NCBI RefSeq assembly: GCF_006345805.1
Contig: NC_042998.1
Coordinates: forward strand, 53,692,001-53,756,000
Reading direction: 5' to 3'
Length of the DNA stretch: 64,000 nucleotides
From: Octopus sinensis
Taxonomy: Eukaryota
Numbering within the stretch: the stretch's first letter is position 1; every line of letters starts with the position of its first letter. The notes beneath the pieces were generated by a model. That model did not search any database. It was not told the origin of the DNA and worked only from the letters and a program-made list of their open reading frames with translations. A program made the position numbers and the translations under genes. Below, one piece after another: positions 1 through 13,121 of the stretch.

Positions 1-262
1 TGAGCCTGACATGCTAACCATGTACATTCACACACACACACACACAGGTCATCGTTGACTTATGACTTATCCATCTTACAACTGATCAACTTTATGAGGA
101 TTGGTGTGCCAGCTCTCAGTAGCAATAATAAATAGTCCACTTGAAATCTAATGGGTTTAATTACCTAGAAATTAACCTGGCTACAGATGATTTCAGCTAA
201 CAAACACTTACTCTAGGTTTGGTTATCAATCGGCACTGTATTAGATGCCTCGATATCTCTAC

Positions 263-610
263 CAGAAGTTTTGAGACTTTTTCAGGAGAGACATTTATTT
301 CAAAGAAGTACAAAACTCTAATCTCCTTCAAAGTATGATCCTTGATTTCAATGCTTCATCCTCTTCATGAAGGCCCTAAGTAAACCCCTCTGAAGCAATT
401 GTATCCAGAGTCCTTATCACAACCTCCTCATCTTCTCAGTGTCATCGAAATGACTGCTGCTGAGGCTATCATTAAGCTTGGGGAACAACTGAAAGTCACT
501 GTGGGGAGGGTGAGGGATAGTTTTGATTCTCATCTCTGTCAAGTAGCTGGCTACCAGGATGGAATTGGTCCATTGACCTAGTGCAAATACCACCAACCTG
601 AATTATAGAA
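263..610 (-). mobile_element. mariner-type transposase C-terminal remnant with terminal region
   Basis: Manual minus-strand translation gives SYLTEMRIKTIPHPPHSDFQLFPKL...GSYFEGD*, matching the mariner HPPYSPDLAPSDF.LFPKLK and G.YFEGD motifs, with a deletion and stops. Confidence 0.7.
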
Positions 611-999
611 GATAGGTTGACTTATACACCATGATGACTATGGAGGACCAAAAACTCCATGTAAAATGCAGCAGAATTCGGAAAGATAGTTATGATGTTT
701 AAATGTTTTCACTGCATGTTTACACTATGTACTATGTTAGCTTATATTCTGGAAAATATAGTATGTCAAAATAGGTTTACTTCCTATGAATAAGCTTATA
801 ATTACATAAATCCTCAACAGCAAGGGAATGAGTTCAAAACTTTAGATGGTTGTTAAAACTGACTATAAAATTTAATCAGCATAATTAACTGGCACACTGA
901 AACTGTTTGAAATCAAATTGGTAATCACCTTGAATAGTTCTGATCATACGCAAGCATGTAAAATTCACGCAATAATATAATTACACATTTTGGCACGGG

Positions 1000-1190
1000 G
1001 CCAGCAATTTTGGGATGATGGATGAGTTGATGCCATCAGCCACAGTATTTGACTGGAATTTTATTGTATCAACCCCAAAAGGATGAAAGGCAAAGTTGAC
1101 CTCAGCAAGATCTGAGCTCAGATCGTAATGAGCTAAAACAAGTGCCACTAAGAAATTTTCCAATGCTCTAATGATTCTGTAGTTTATTTC
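1000..1190 (-). mobile_element. partial tRNA-derived SINE (family B, gtcgactttgcctttcatcc core)
   Basis: Contains aaaggatgaaaggcaaagttgacctc, shared with copies at 4.5, 5.8, 12.1 and 21.9 kb. Confidence 0.55.
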
Positions 1191-3435
1191 CATAATACAA
1201 GCAACAATATTAGCAAAACAATGATATCATAAACCATGTAGGTAGATAGCTGAGAGTAACAATGTTGACTGGATATGTTAAAACCTAATAATGTAATACT
1301 ATAAATATAACATTACTCCAAATACTTAAGATTAATCATTCTTTGTGAATTCTGAATTGCCTTTGTAAGCCTGCACATCATACACTATGATGTCATACTA
1401 CTTAAGTAGCTGTAAGGATTAGCATGATTTAGTAGTGATGGAAGCACAGTAAGTGCTGGAGATAGATTATTAGCAGCAATACTAATTGGATAAATCAATA
1501 ATGTTGACATGTTAGAAACATTACTACAGAGGATCACATATTCGAATGACAGTTCTATTGGTGATGAAGAGCTGGTGATATCAACCTGCTGATGATGATA
1601 TCATTATTAGCAGATATTCCACAAGAAAGATATTTAGAAGCTATTTGTTTAGTAGTTACTAGCAGTGACTTTTTCCAAATTCAGATTTCATCCAGACTAT
1701 AATTCTACCAACGTGAATCAGATAGTGTACATTTACAGGAATTTCCATTATATTTCTCTTGTAGTGAACCATTGTTCCAATCTCATAAAAGGGTTTACTG
1801 TTATTCTTAATTGTTTGCCAAATAATTTCCTAGCTGGAAATAACTTGCATGCACCAGATGCAATAGACTGCATGAAAAAAGTTTTAGTAAACACCCATCA
1901 AGCTTTCCAATTAAAGAATTGTAATATTCCAATGCAAGCATAATTGTTTCTGCAGCTCTTTCAGTTGTACCATTAAGCTTTGGACAATAGATAGATTTTT
2001 CAATTTGTTTGATACCAAAATGGCTTAACTGATCCTTTAATTGAACAAATTCCAACATCACTGTCATTGGAATATAAAATTTAAAGAAGCTAGGAAAATA
2101 GAAAGTTTCATACATCTTTCAAGCTCCCAGTGGAATATAAAAGGCTTAAATCTAAGTAATGGCTGGATCAGCAGTGATAAAAATCCCTGTATTTTGTATA
2201 TAATCCCAGAGTTGTGATTCAAATCACTTGTCAGTGCCAGAGTACCTTTATATCTAATTTAAGAGAACATGTCACAAGATCTGACAAATTCTTCACTATC
2301 AAAATGAGGCAATCAAACAAAAACCTTGCCTTTTTCCTGTTGTCATGAATTGTAAAAAAAACTTTTGCATGATAAAATATTCAGGAATAAATAGCTTGTT
2401 TTTTATCAAAGATTAGATTGTTCTACAATAATCAATTTAAAAGAATATTTGGGAAATTATCTTTCAAAAAGAGTTAAACCAGTTTTTCTCTCTCAATGCA
2501 ATATTTTTAGCTTTAAATATGCACAAAGAACACAAATTTTAAAATGATTTTTGATGATTTCAACATCAAAAACAGTTTGAGAACCAATAACAAGTTATTC
2601 ATTATTAACTTTGTCAGAATGTAATGCATTAGTAAAAAGTAGCATATCAAAACGATCTGAGCCACATTTAATCTACTAAGAGCATTGGTATGACTAATAG
2701 TTTTACCTGATATATGAATGATTTTGAAATCAAGCTGAGATAATAATATGAGGACCCACTTATCAATTCACTGAAAAGCTTACCTGAAAACATCATGATC
2801 CTTTTGAAAATATGAAATTTAACGGCTGATGATCAGTCTTCAGTATTAAGAATTTCCCTTATAGAAGCTCTCTTAATCATACAATGCACTACAACAGACT
2901 TCACTTCCAAGACCACTCCATTTTTTTATTGAGCATGACTCTGTTACTCACAGAGAGACATTATATTTTCCCTTATCAATTCAGAAGCATTAACAGTAAG
3001 AGTTAATTCATATTTGGTAAAGACTATGGCCAAAACAGAGTACTGTGTAAGACATCGTTTTACCATTTTATGAGCCTGTCCTTGGTGTATTTCCCGAGTA
3101 AAGGCATTTCTTTCACTTATATGCAAAAGTTCAGCTATATTTGCGACTTCTGGTATAAACTGATGGCAACAATTTATTGACACTAAATACTTTTCAATTT
3201 CTTCTTTTGATTTAGGAAGACCAATCCATTGGACTATATTTTTTTTACAATACATAGGTTAGATTCTATGCATTGAAATATTTATCCCTAAGAAATCTTT
3301 GGAAGGTGTATGATTAATGCACTTATTTTGAGATAGTTGATACACTGAATCTTTTCAATCTAAAAATAAAACAAATTTTCTTGGTGTTTCAATTTTCTTG
3401 ATGTGTATGACATCCTGATAGGTAATTATGTTATT

Positions 3436-3802
3436 ACGTAAAAGCACCATCTGTCCGTGTCCGTTGCCAGCCTCGGCTGGCCCCCGTGCCGGTGACACGT
3501 AAAAGCACCGTCCGCTCGTGGCCGTTTGCCAGCTCTGTCTGGCAACCGTGTCGGTGGCACGTAAAAGCACCATCCGTTCACATCCGTTGCCAGCCTCGGC
3601 TGGCCCCCGTGCCGGTGACATGTAAAAGCACCGTCCGTTCGTGGCCGGTTGCCAGCTCTGTCTGGCCCCGTGTCGGTGGCACGTAAAAGCACCATCCGTT
3701 CGTGTCCGTTGCCAGCATCGCCTGGCCCCGAGCCGGTGACACGTAAAAGCACCATCCGTTCGTGGCCGTTCACCAGCTCTGTCTGGCACCTGTGCAGGTG
3801 GC
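3436..3802 (+). repeat. six tandem 60-62 bp units, alternating A/B types
   Basis: acgtaaaagcacc (or atgtaaaagcacc) starts at 3436, 3497, 3559, 3620, 3681 and 3741; a seventh start at 3803 runs into the tail. Confidence 0.92.
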
Positions 3803-3983
3803 ACGTAAAAACACCCACTACACTCGCGGAGTGGTTGGCATTAGGAAGGGCATCCAGCCGTAGAAACACTGCCAGATCTGACTGGGCCTGACGAAGCCTT
3901 CCAGCTTCACAGACCCCAGTTGACCCGTCCAACCCATGCTAGCATGGAAAACGGACGCTAAACGATGATGATGATGATGATGA
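3436..3983 (+). mobile_element. short RTE-tail element (RTE 3' UTR-derived) with (GAT)n tail
   Basis: The 3' ~180 bp matches the 3' end of the RTE LINE at 15850-16012 (ggaagggcatccagccgtagaaac...aaacgatgatgat). Confidence 0.85.
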
Positions 3984-4530
3984 ATTCCTTTATTGACAAT
4001 GTAAAGGTTTTAATTATCACAAATATTTTCTTTAATTCTCATTTAAACTACTCTGCCAGTACGAAATATCTAAGTCAAATTGAGGAGGAAACGGCCAAAA
4101 CAAAGAAAGACCTCTTACATAATAGTAAACACAATATACATCAAAGCAAGACAAACATCATCCCAGAACCGACACATAAGAATGTCCAGATGTGTTTCAG
4201 CTTTTTTGAGCTTTATCAATGATGTATATTTACTAGTTACATGCCTAAATGAAATCTGGCCCCTCTGATCTATAGGAAATAGAGAATAATGCATTCAATG
4301 ATATTGTGAATAACTGATGGGCTGAATAAAAACTTGGTGTACACGACTGAAACAACATCAAATTAAAATAGCCATCTGTGTATCATACATAACATAACAA
4401 CAGTAAACTTACTCCAGTAATTATATATTACAGTAAACCTATATCAGTTAATATATACTAAAATTTATGTACGTTATTAAATTCATGGAATCTCCTTTTG
4501 TAAATGACAGATGACAGTTCAGCAATTTCT

Positions 4531-4761
4531 TATGTCTTTATTGCCCACAAGGGGCTAAACATGGAGAGGACAAACAAGGACAGACAAAGCGATTAAGTTG
4601 ATTAAATCGACCCCTGTGCATAACTGGTACTTAATTTATCGACCCCGAAAGGATGAAAGGCAAAGTCGATCTTGGCGGAATTTGAACTCAGAACGTAATG
4701 GCAGACAAAATACCACTAAGCATTTCGCCCAGCATGCTAATGTTTCTGTCAGCTTGCTGCC
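4531..4761 (-). mobile_element. tRNA-derived SINE family B, near full length
   Basis: Reverse complement of the + copies at 5790-6015 and 21894-22124; carries a B-box-like gagttcaaattcc. Confidence 0.85.
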
Positions 4762-4861
4762 AATTTCTTGCTGAACAACTTGCACAAATGAACTGTTTCA
4801 AAAGAATCAAATGTTTGTACTGCACATTATTTCTTTCACTCCCTCCATCAAATCGACATTG

Positions 4862-5030
4862 CCTGTACAGGTGCATTGTGTACTACACATCAGACATTAA
4901 ATGATCACAGAGCAACATGCAATGAAGTGTTTTGCTCAAGAACACGACACACTGCCTGGTCCAGGAACCAAAACCTTGATCTCATGATTGTTAGTGCAAC
5001 ACTGTAACCAGAAGGCCATGCGGCCTTATG
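4862..5030 (-). mobile_element. partial tRNA-derived SINE family C (CORE-like ttgagcaa motif)
   Basis: gcaatgaagtgttttgctcaagaacacgacac is the reverse complement of the core in copies at 21.5, 58.0 and 63.1 kb. Confidence 0.55.
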
Positions 5031-5789
5031 AATCAGTAAATATAATACAGTAAACCTATATCAGTAACTAGGCTTCAGCGAATAAACATTGTAAAAAAAC
5101 AAATCTGTCTATTCAGTTCAGTTGACGTCTAACTCTTGAACCATCAGGGTTGATATTGTTCCATGACAGACATTTTTAACCTTTATGCTATGGTACATTT
5201 GTGTTAGAAAATGACAGAATATTTAGAAAACTTTACTATTTTTAATTCTTTGTATCAAAATTCCTTTACGGCAAAGTGCAAGGTATACACCATTCACTAT
5301 TTCAAAATAATTTTAATATTTGTTGTTTTTATATAATAAACTTTTGCAAAGTTATTGTTTGCCAAAATATTTTTATGACCTTCTTCAATGTACCGTGCAT
5401 AGAAAAATGTTAAAAATTGCTATTTTTTATGATTAATAATAAATAACAAACTTAATCCCTTGTATGTATGTTTTCTTGAACACAACTTGTCGTGATCAAG
5501 CAGACTTACGATTAAAGGCATCATAGCCATGACATCCCCATGACTTATTCTGCAGAATGTAACTTTAACGACATTCTCCAATTTGTTTGCAATTTCTAGC
5601 AGAAGGAATGTTGTTGGTTTATTAAACTAAATGATAAGGAGCATTTATTTTGTCATCATTATCCTCTACAAATAACTGAATTTATCTCAAAACACAGATT
5701 CCCAGCTTCTGAAAGGAAAACTACATTAGATATATAGCCCAAGATAGACTATGACCAAAAGAGACAGATGGTGACAGTTGGTATATCAC

Positions 5790-6015
5790 TGAGCTGGCAG
5801 AAACGTTAGCACGCTGGGCGAAATGCGTAGCCCTATTTCGTCTGTCGTTATGTTCTGAGTTCAAATTCTGCCGAGGTCGACTTTGCCTTTCATCCTCTCG
5901 GGGTCGATAAATTAAGTACCAGTTACGCACTGGGGTCGATATAATCGACTTAATCCCTTTGTCTGTCCTTGTTTGTCCCCTCTGTGTTTAGCCCCTTGTG
6001 GGTAGTAAAGAAATA
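5790..6015 (+). mobile_element. tRNA-derived SINE family B
   Basis: gagctggcagaaacgttagc head, gagttcaaattc B box, gtcgactttgcctttcatcc core, gtagtaaagaaata tail. Confidence 0.88.
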
Positions 6016-6984
6016 AATTGTTTGATCAGAGATGATTAAGAGTAAAAACACCAACCATTTCATTGCTTTTTTTTAGAAGACTGTTAAGTCATTTCACAAT
6101 TAAGTAATACTATATTTATTTTCAAGAATTCTTTGTACTTATTGATACTGTTGAGTTTTTTTTTCTCTTGTCCCTTCTGTATGAACTGATTTTTTCATTC
6201 ATGATCATCTCACATTTCTTTTTTTTTCAGACATAATGCATCTAAAACCACATTATGCAATGTATTCATCCCTTGAAGGAGATTTGGTTAACATTTCTAG
6301 CAGTCTTCCTTGTTGGCTTGTTTACAGAATGTTTGAAAAAGGGGTTGTGTATAATTTCATGTATAAAAAGAAAAGAGAAAAAAAAAACTATTACTATCAG
6401 ATCATATATTCTTTATAGATTGGCCTTTATGAATCACCAGTGAATCATAATTGAAGAGAAAATAAAGAAAAATAAAAGATAGAGCATCATTATTAAGATA
6501 ATCTCCTAACTAACTCACGTACTGAAAATGCCATATTTTTTTTTTAATGCTTTCAGCAACATTTTAGAGTAAATCAACATAGAAAACAGAAAAGTAGACA
6601 TATGTGATTGCTTTAAACATAAATATTATAAACCTCAAAGATTCTTTTTAAAAAAATAGCATCAATGAATGTAATTTCCTTCACTACATATTTTCTGTGC
6701 AATTTATGTCATTTATAACCAAACTAAGTAGGGTCACTGACAATACAATTTCTCTTTCTTCAAAAAATATAAAAATATATTTAAAAAAAAAAAAGCTAAA
6801 GGCTAAAACCAGAGTTCAAAGAAACTAGTGATGGTCTGCAGTGAGGAATAATGGGTAATAAAATCTGTAAGTAAAACACGTTCATGTGTCATAAGGAGAA
6901 GCAAATTCTAACATTTTAGAAGGGAAGAATTCTTCTACAAGATACTGTAGTATCAAAGTATACAAGTATCTTGAATTTAAACTT

Positions 6985-7420
6985 CATCATCATCATCATT
7001 TGCCATCCACTTTTCATGCTGGCTTAGGTTGGACGGTTTGACAGGAGTTGGCTAGGCTTTGCTGTCTGTTTTGGCATGATTTTTACATGGATGCCCTTCC
7101 TAACACCAACTACTCCACAAAGTGGACTGAGTGATTTTCACACGGCACCAGCACAGATGAGGTCAGTTTTGGCATGTTTTTTTTTACAGCTAGATACCTT
7201 TCCAAATTCCAACCACTTTACAGTGTGGACTGTATGCTTTTTATATGGCACCAGCACTGGCAGGGTCACCAAGTAACTTGCAAGACAAAGATCCTTTGAG
7301 AGGAAATGTGGTAATGGAGGAGGTGATCTTGTGCAATATAAAAGGTTAGAGTGTGACATGGAGACAGAAACAGGTGTTTTGCTGTAGGGGTGATACAGGG
7401 TTACCCAATCAGAGAGAGGT
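6985..7420 (-). mobile_element. RTE-tail element
   Basis: (CAT)n start, ggatgcccttcctaacacc motif; collinear with 10125-10590. Confidence 0.7.
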
Positions 7421-7449
7421 AAGGAAAAATCTTGTATTTGTATATATTC

Positions 7450-7990
7450 GTTTATTCTTTTACCTATTTCAGTCATTTGACTGTAGCCATGCTGGAGCAC
7501 TGCCTTAAAGAGTTTTCCCTCTCTCTCTCTCTTTCGGAGAGGCACAAGCACCTACATGCACATATACACACACAGCAGTAACTTCCGCCTGCCGAATTCA
7601 ATCACAAAGCTTCGGTCGGCTCGGGGCTATAGCAGAAGACACCTACCCAAAGTGCCACACAGTGGGACTGAACCCGAAACCATATAGCTAGGAAGCAAGC
7701 TCCCTAACCACACAGCCATGCCATCTAAAGAAATCAATCCCAGAATTTATTCTTTGTAAGCCTAGTACTTATTCTGCCAAACTGCCAAGTTACAGAGATG
7801 TAAACACACCAGCATCAGTTGTCAAGTGATGGTGGGTGGATAAACATAGACAAAGGACACACACACAAATATATATATATATAAATATACAGCGGCTGTC
7901 TTTCAGCTTCTGTTTACCTCTAACACAGTGGGACTGAATCAGAAATTATGTGGTTGGGAAACAGCCATCTTATCACACAGCCACACCACT
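7450..7990 (-). mobile_element. fragments of tRNA-derived SINE family A
   Basis: cagtgggactgaaccc, tatagcagaagacac and tttcagtcatttgactg motifs shared with family A copies. Confidence 0.7.
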
Positions 7991-9731
7991 ATAAATGTTG
8001 ATTCTGTCGTTGTTGTGGCTTAGCCCAGGTCAGCCCCTGAGAAATCACATGAGCAAAGATGTTCGACCAGTAATTATCCCTCTTTTTGTCAAACAGTGAA
8101 TTTATGACTGCATTAACCAATTTTTTTATACCTTCTTTTTAAAATGATAAGATGTAATAAAAGGAAGACTTAACTGCTATTTCTAGAAGTCTGAGCCCCC
8201 ACATAGAGGAGCAACCATATAGAGGCTTCTTTGTTGGTTCATTAAAATATCATATATTTTATAGATTGCATTTTATGAATTTTGCTCTCTCGCTGTTTTA
8301 ACCCATAATTCCTATATTCCTGCCATTGACTTCAAAGGGTAGCAGAAACCATAAATAAATAACTGGCTTTTGTGCCTGTTAAATTCTTCTTTTTTTCCTT
8401 TTATAATTGCATATATATGCTGTTAATAGCAGTGTTGATGGCTTAGATACGATACTTTATTGCAACTATTTCTTAAACGCAATGTATTATTAAACTCTTT
8501 TGTTTTTTTACATGTTGTTAGAATAAGTATTGGTCAAATCAAAAGAGATCATAAAGGCATTTATTTACTTGTAATGATAATATTGGTTTCAAATTTTGGT
8601 ACAAGGTCAGCAATGTCAGAGGAGGTGTTAAATCTTGTGAATGAACATGGTAGATGAACAAGGCATTGGTTGGCCAGGGGCTATAGAGGATGACACTTGC
8701 CCAAGGTGCCACACGATGGGACTGAACTCAAAACCACATGGTTGCAAAGCAAGGTTCTTTACCACACAGCCATGCGTGTACCATCATTAAATTTAACATC
8801 CATTGTCCATGCTGGCATGGATTTGACAGTTTGACCAGGCTGGGTAAGCTGAGGGGCTGCACTAGACTCCAGTCTGATTTGGCATGCTTTCTACAGCTGG
8901 AAGCCCTTTCTCATGTCAACCACTCTGTGAGTGTAATGGGTGATTTTACCAGCCACCGGTGGCATGAGTGCCAGTTGTATGACACCGGTATCTACCACAA
9001 CTATGATTTCACTTGGTTTGATGGGGCTTCTACTCAAATATGGCATATTGCCATAGGTCTCAGTCATTTGTCTCTTCTTAACATATTTGTCACTGCATAT
9101 GAAAAAGCCTAATCTAAAAGGGAAATTAAATTCTCACTCTCAAATATAGGAATAGAGATTGAACTAACATGTTCTGTAATAATGATTCTGGTTTAAAAAG
9201 AAAAAAACATTTGAAATTAGATGATTACCTTTCATTATCATATTTCTAACCAAATACCCCATCATTATTTCAATTAATTTTGAAATTAGCGAAAAATTAA
9301 TGAGAAAATAACTATAGCATCATTAAACTGGTACATAAATTGAAATAAAATTTTGATGGGAAATTCTAATTTAGATTACTTTAAAACAGGTAAAATCAAA
9401 AATCTCAGGTAGTCTGGGATGGGTTAGTATTAAAATGGTTAATGGCTAAAGTCGTTGCAATTTGCATTATATGTCTTGCCTAAAAATTTTGCATAAGTTT
9501 TCACATCAAAAAATATTGCCTCCCCTGTTTGTTGCTTTTAGATTTTAAACACCCCTAGAGGGAGTTCTGACAACTAATAGCTTGAAAAATCTCAACAGGA
9601 AAAAGTGTTTCATCTCACTGTATTATGTGAGACCCTACACTATTTGCATTTAATATGTAGAACATTACCTAATGGTATTTCTCTCACCAAATTACGAATA
9701 TTCATAATCAATATCACCATATTTCACACAT

Positions 9732-10121
9732 AGGTGCAGGTGTGGCTGTGTGGTAAGAAACTTGCCTCCCAATCACATGAATCCAGGTTCAGTCCCACTG
9801 CATGGCACCTTGAGCAAGTGTTTTCTACTATAGCCTTCAGCTGACCAGAACTTTGTGAATGGATTTGGTAGACAGAAACTGAAAGAAGGTGTATGTCTTT
9901 GTGCTTGTGTTTGTCACATCCCCCCGATACCACTTGACAGCCTGTGTTGGTATGTATATGTATCCATAACTTAGCAGTTTAGCAAAAGAGGCTAATAGAA
10001 TAAGTACTAGACTTTAAAAAAAATAAGTCCTGGGGTTGATTTGTTCGACTGAAACCCTTCAAGGTGGTGCTCCAGCATGGCCACAGTGAGTTGACTGAAA
10101 CAAGTAAAAAATAAAAGAATA
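9732..10121 (+). mobile_element. tRNA-derived SINE family A
   Basis: gtggctgtgtggtaag A-box-like head, ggttcagtccc B-box-like motif, gactgaaacaagtaaaa tail. Confidence 0.85.
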
Positions 10122-10124
10122 TAT

Positions 10125-10590
10125 TATCATCATCATCATCATCGTCGTCATTAAACATAAGTTTTCCATGCTGGTATGGGTTGGACAGTTTAACAGGAGC
10201 TGATCAGGCAGAAGACTGCATCATACTTGTGTCTGTTTTGGCATGGTTTTCATGGTTGGATGCCCTTCCTAATGCCAACCACTCCACAGAGTGGAATGAG
10301 TGCTTTTCACGTGGCACCAGCATAGGTGAGGTTAGTTTTGGTGTGGTTTTTACAGCTGGATGTCCTTCCAAATGCTACCCACTTTACAGTGTGGACTGAA
10401 TGCTTTTTACATGGAACCAGCACTGGCAGGGTCACCGAGTAACTTGCAAGGCAAAGATCCTTTGAGGGGGGAAGTGGATATTGGAAGAGGTTATCTTGTG
10501 CCAGATGATCAAAGGTTAGAGTGTGACATGGAGACAGAAACAGGTGTTTTACTGTAGAGGAGGTACATGGTTACCCAGCTAGAGAGAAAG
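10125..10590 (-). mobile_element. RTE-tail element
   Basis: (CAT)n then tttccatgctggtatggg and ggatgcccttcctaatgccaacc. Confidence 0.75.
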
Positions 10591-12068
10591 AAAGAGGGAG
10601 AGAGATCAGATATATATATGTATTGTATGTATATCGTCGTCATCATTGTCATAATTATTTTGATGTTCACTTTTCCATACCTGCATGGGTTGAATGAAGT
10701 TTGTTGAAACAGATTATCTGTGGATGGATGCAAACCCTCACCTATTTCCAAATAAGGTAATATTTACTTGTGGACAAGCATATTCTTGCACAATATTGGA
10801 AAAGAATGACACTGCCTGTGACAAGGCTGGCCCTTTGGATTACATGTACAGCTGAGTGAACTGGAACAACATGAAATAAAGCATCTTGCTCAAGGAAAAA
10901 CATGCTGCCAGGAATTGAACTCCTGATCATGGGGGTCATGAGCTAAATACCTTGCTCCCAAAACCATGCACTTTCACAAACACATACACAGACACACACA
11001 CATATATATATACATATATAATGAGAAAAGTTATACAGAGGAATGACAAAGAAATTTACTAGAAACACACAAATGTATGCAATCATACACTCTGCCTCAT
11101 CAGTTGTTGACCAAATGTTGCCTCAATTTCAACACTGTTCTACCATATTGCTCAATCTGTCAATGTCAGTGATGTAAGCTGCTAGGATATAGATGAGAGG
11201 ACACAATAGACAAACAACTACAGTGAAATGTTGAAACAAAGACAGTATCAGTAAAAAATAATCTAACGACTGAATGGTAAATAAAGATGAGTTATGAGAA
11301 CCAGAAAAATGTTTCCTCTAAATACCTACGTTTTTATCATTTTTTTCTCTCTGCCTACATTTTGTTTCTTTTTTTTCACTACTTACCTACCCTTTTTCAT
11401 TGTTTGCATTCATTTATCTTTCTGTCATATCTTTCAACCCACTCTTCCATTTTTGCATCTATCTATCTTACCATTTATCTCTCTTTCTGTCTTTTCCCTT
11501 CCTCATTCCTCTTTTTCCTTCTCTTTTTTTACTGTCTCTGCAACTGCCCTTACACTTTTACCCTCTCTTCTCTATCATTCTCTCTCTCTCTCTCGTGTTG
11601 CTCTTTCTTTCTTTCTCCTACCACTCTCCCTAATGAATCTATTCGTCCCATAATACTGTCACTTCTCTCACTGTCTAACCCTAGCTCAGCTTTTGTCATT
11701 GTCCTCCGTTCTAGTTACCCATTCAGAATAGTCTCTTTAGTCTTGTGAGGGACAAAGCAACTTCACTAGTGCTGGTGCAATGATAAAATATACTTAGGAC
11801 ACCCTGTAAGGGATTAAAGAGTTAAGTAAATTGGCAGAAACAATGTAACATCAAGATAATTCATTAATTTTGCTAAGAATAACTTCTTTAGTACTGATAT
11901 CATGATACAATGCATCTAGAAAACTCTGTAGTGTTGGTTGATGTTAGGAAGTACCTCTTGCTCTAAAAACTATGCCAAAAGCTGGGATGTGTTAATGATA
12001 TATGCTTCTCTAACTTCTGTGGAAGGTCAGTACATCTGAATAAGAATTGACTTGGACAGTACAGATCT

Positions 12069-12292
12069 TATTTCTTTATTGCCCACAAGGGGCTAAACAT
12101 AGAGGGGACAAACAAGGACAGACAAACGGATTAAGTCGATTACATCGACCCCAGTGCGTAACTGGTACTTAATTTATCGACCCCAAAATGATGAAAGGCA
12201 AAGTCGACCTTGGCGGGATTTGAACTCAGAATGTAACGGCAGACGAAATACTGCTAAGCATATCGCCCAGCATGCTCACATTTCTGCCAGTT
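12069..12292 (-). mobile_element. tRNA-derived SINE family B
   Basis: Near-identical to 4531-4761. Confidence 0.85.
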
Positions 12293-12368
12293 CTGATCTA
12301 TTCAAATCATGCCAATACAGAAAACAGACATAAAATGAGGATGATGTCATTGATGTATAAACATATAT

Positions 12369-12722
12369 AGGCACAGGTGTGACTCTGTGCTAAGAAGCTT
12401 GCTTCCCAAGTACATGATTCCAGATTTAGTTCCACGGCATGGCATACTGGCAAGCCTCAGATCAACCAAAGCCTTGTGAGTGGATTTGATAAACAGAAAC
12501 TGAAAGAAGCCTATTGTGTATGTGTGCGTATTTTTCTCCCACTACTACTTAACAATCTGTCTAGGTGTGTTTACATCCTCATAACTTAGTGGCTCAGCAA
12601 AAGAGATTTGTTGAATAAGTGCCAGGCTTAAGTAAATAAGTTGATTCATGTGACTAAAAATAATTCTTCAAGGCAATGCCCTCGCATAGCCACAGTCTAA
12701 TGACTGAAATAAGTAAAAGATA
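12369..12722 (+). mobile_element. tRNA-derived SINE family A (diverged)
   Basis: Family A head, aaagccttgtgagtggattt core and gactgaaataagtaaaag tail. Confidence 0.75.
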
Positions 12723-12962
12723 ATATATAAATATATAAGCATATATATATATAAATATATAAGCATATGTATATAATATATATATTAATAATATAATATT
12801 AGGGAATAAATCCAAATTTACAGGGAAAAAATCAGATTTAGGATTAATCCAATTTTATAGTAAAATATTATATAATATTAATTCGAGACAAAACCACTAT
12901 TTTGCAAAACAAACAAGGAAAGACTTAATCAATATAAAATTTTTATATAAAGAAATAAACCG

Positions 12963-13004
12963 CCACTACAATCATTTCATGTCTTCAATGACATTCTCAG
13001 GTGG
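12963..13004 (-). ncRNA. hammerhead ribozyme motif, type I minimal, with N7 deleted (CUGAGA); probably inactive or a sequence error
   Basis: Reverse complement reads CCAC-CUGAGA-AUGUC-auugaa-GACAU-GAA-AU-gauu-GU-A-GUGG. Confidence 0.45.
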
Positions 13005-13078
13005 ATTTTCGATCTCCTAATCTGTTTTAATTTATGAATTAATTAAATTAAATTAAAACAGATTAGGAGATCGAAAAT

Positions 13079-13121
13079 CCACCTGACGAATGTCATTGAA
13101 GACATGAAACGATTGTAGTGG
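13079..13121 (+). ncRNA. hammerhead ribozyme motif, type I minimal, predicted cleavage after GUA at 13117
   Basis: Stem I CCAC/GUGG, core CUGACGA (13083-13089), stem II AUGUC/GACAU with a 6-nt loop, GAA, stem III AC...GU, H17=A. All core residues present. Confidence 0.75.

Larger units (their letters stand above)
1565..4100 (-). pseudogene. decayed Ty3/Gypsy LTR-retrotransposon pol (RT, RNase H, integrase), interrupted at 3436-3983
   Basis: Minus-strand motifs in Gypsy order: FDLDISYWQ (RT), IITYQDVIHI (degenerate YxDD), FIPEVANIAELLH...LTVNAS (connection/RNase H), LKTDHQPLNFIF and HISGKTISHTNALSRL (RNase H), EEFVRSCD (zinc finger), GIKQIEKSIYCPKLNGTTER (integrase core). Many stops and frameshifts. 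Confidence 0.75.

Noticed and set aside
3436-3802. Hairpin-containing direct repeats resembling a CRISPR array
   Set aside because: No unique spacers, the units are contiguous with an RTE tail, the context is eukaryotic, and there are no cas genes.
11287-11748. 153-aa F/L/S-rich ORF resembling a membrane protein
   Set aside because: CT-rich low-complexity DNA; the composition follows from the base bias.
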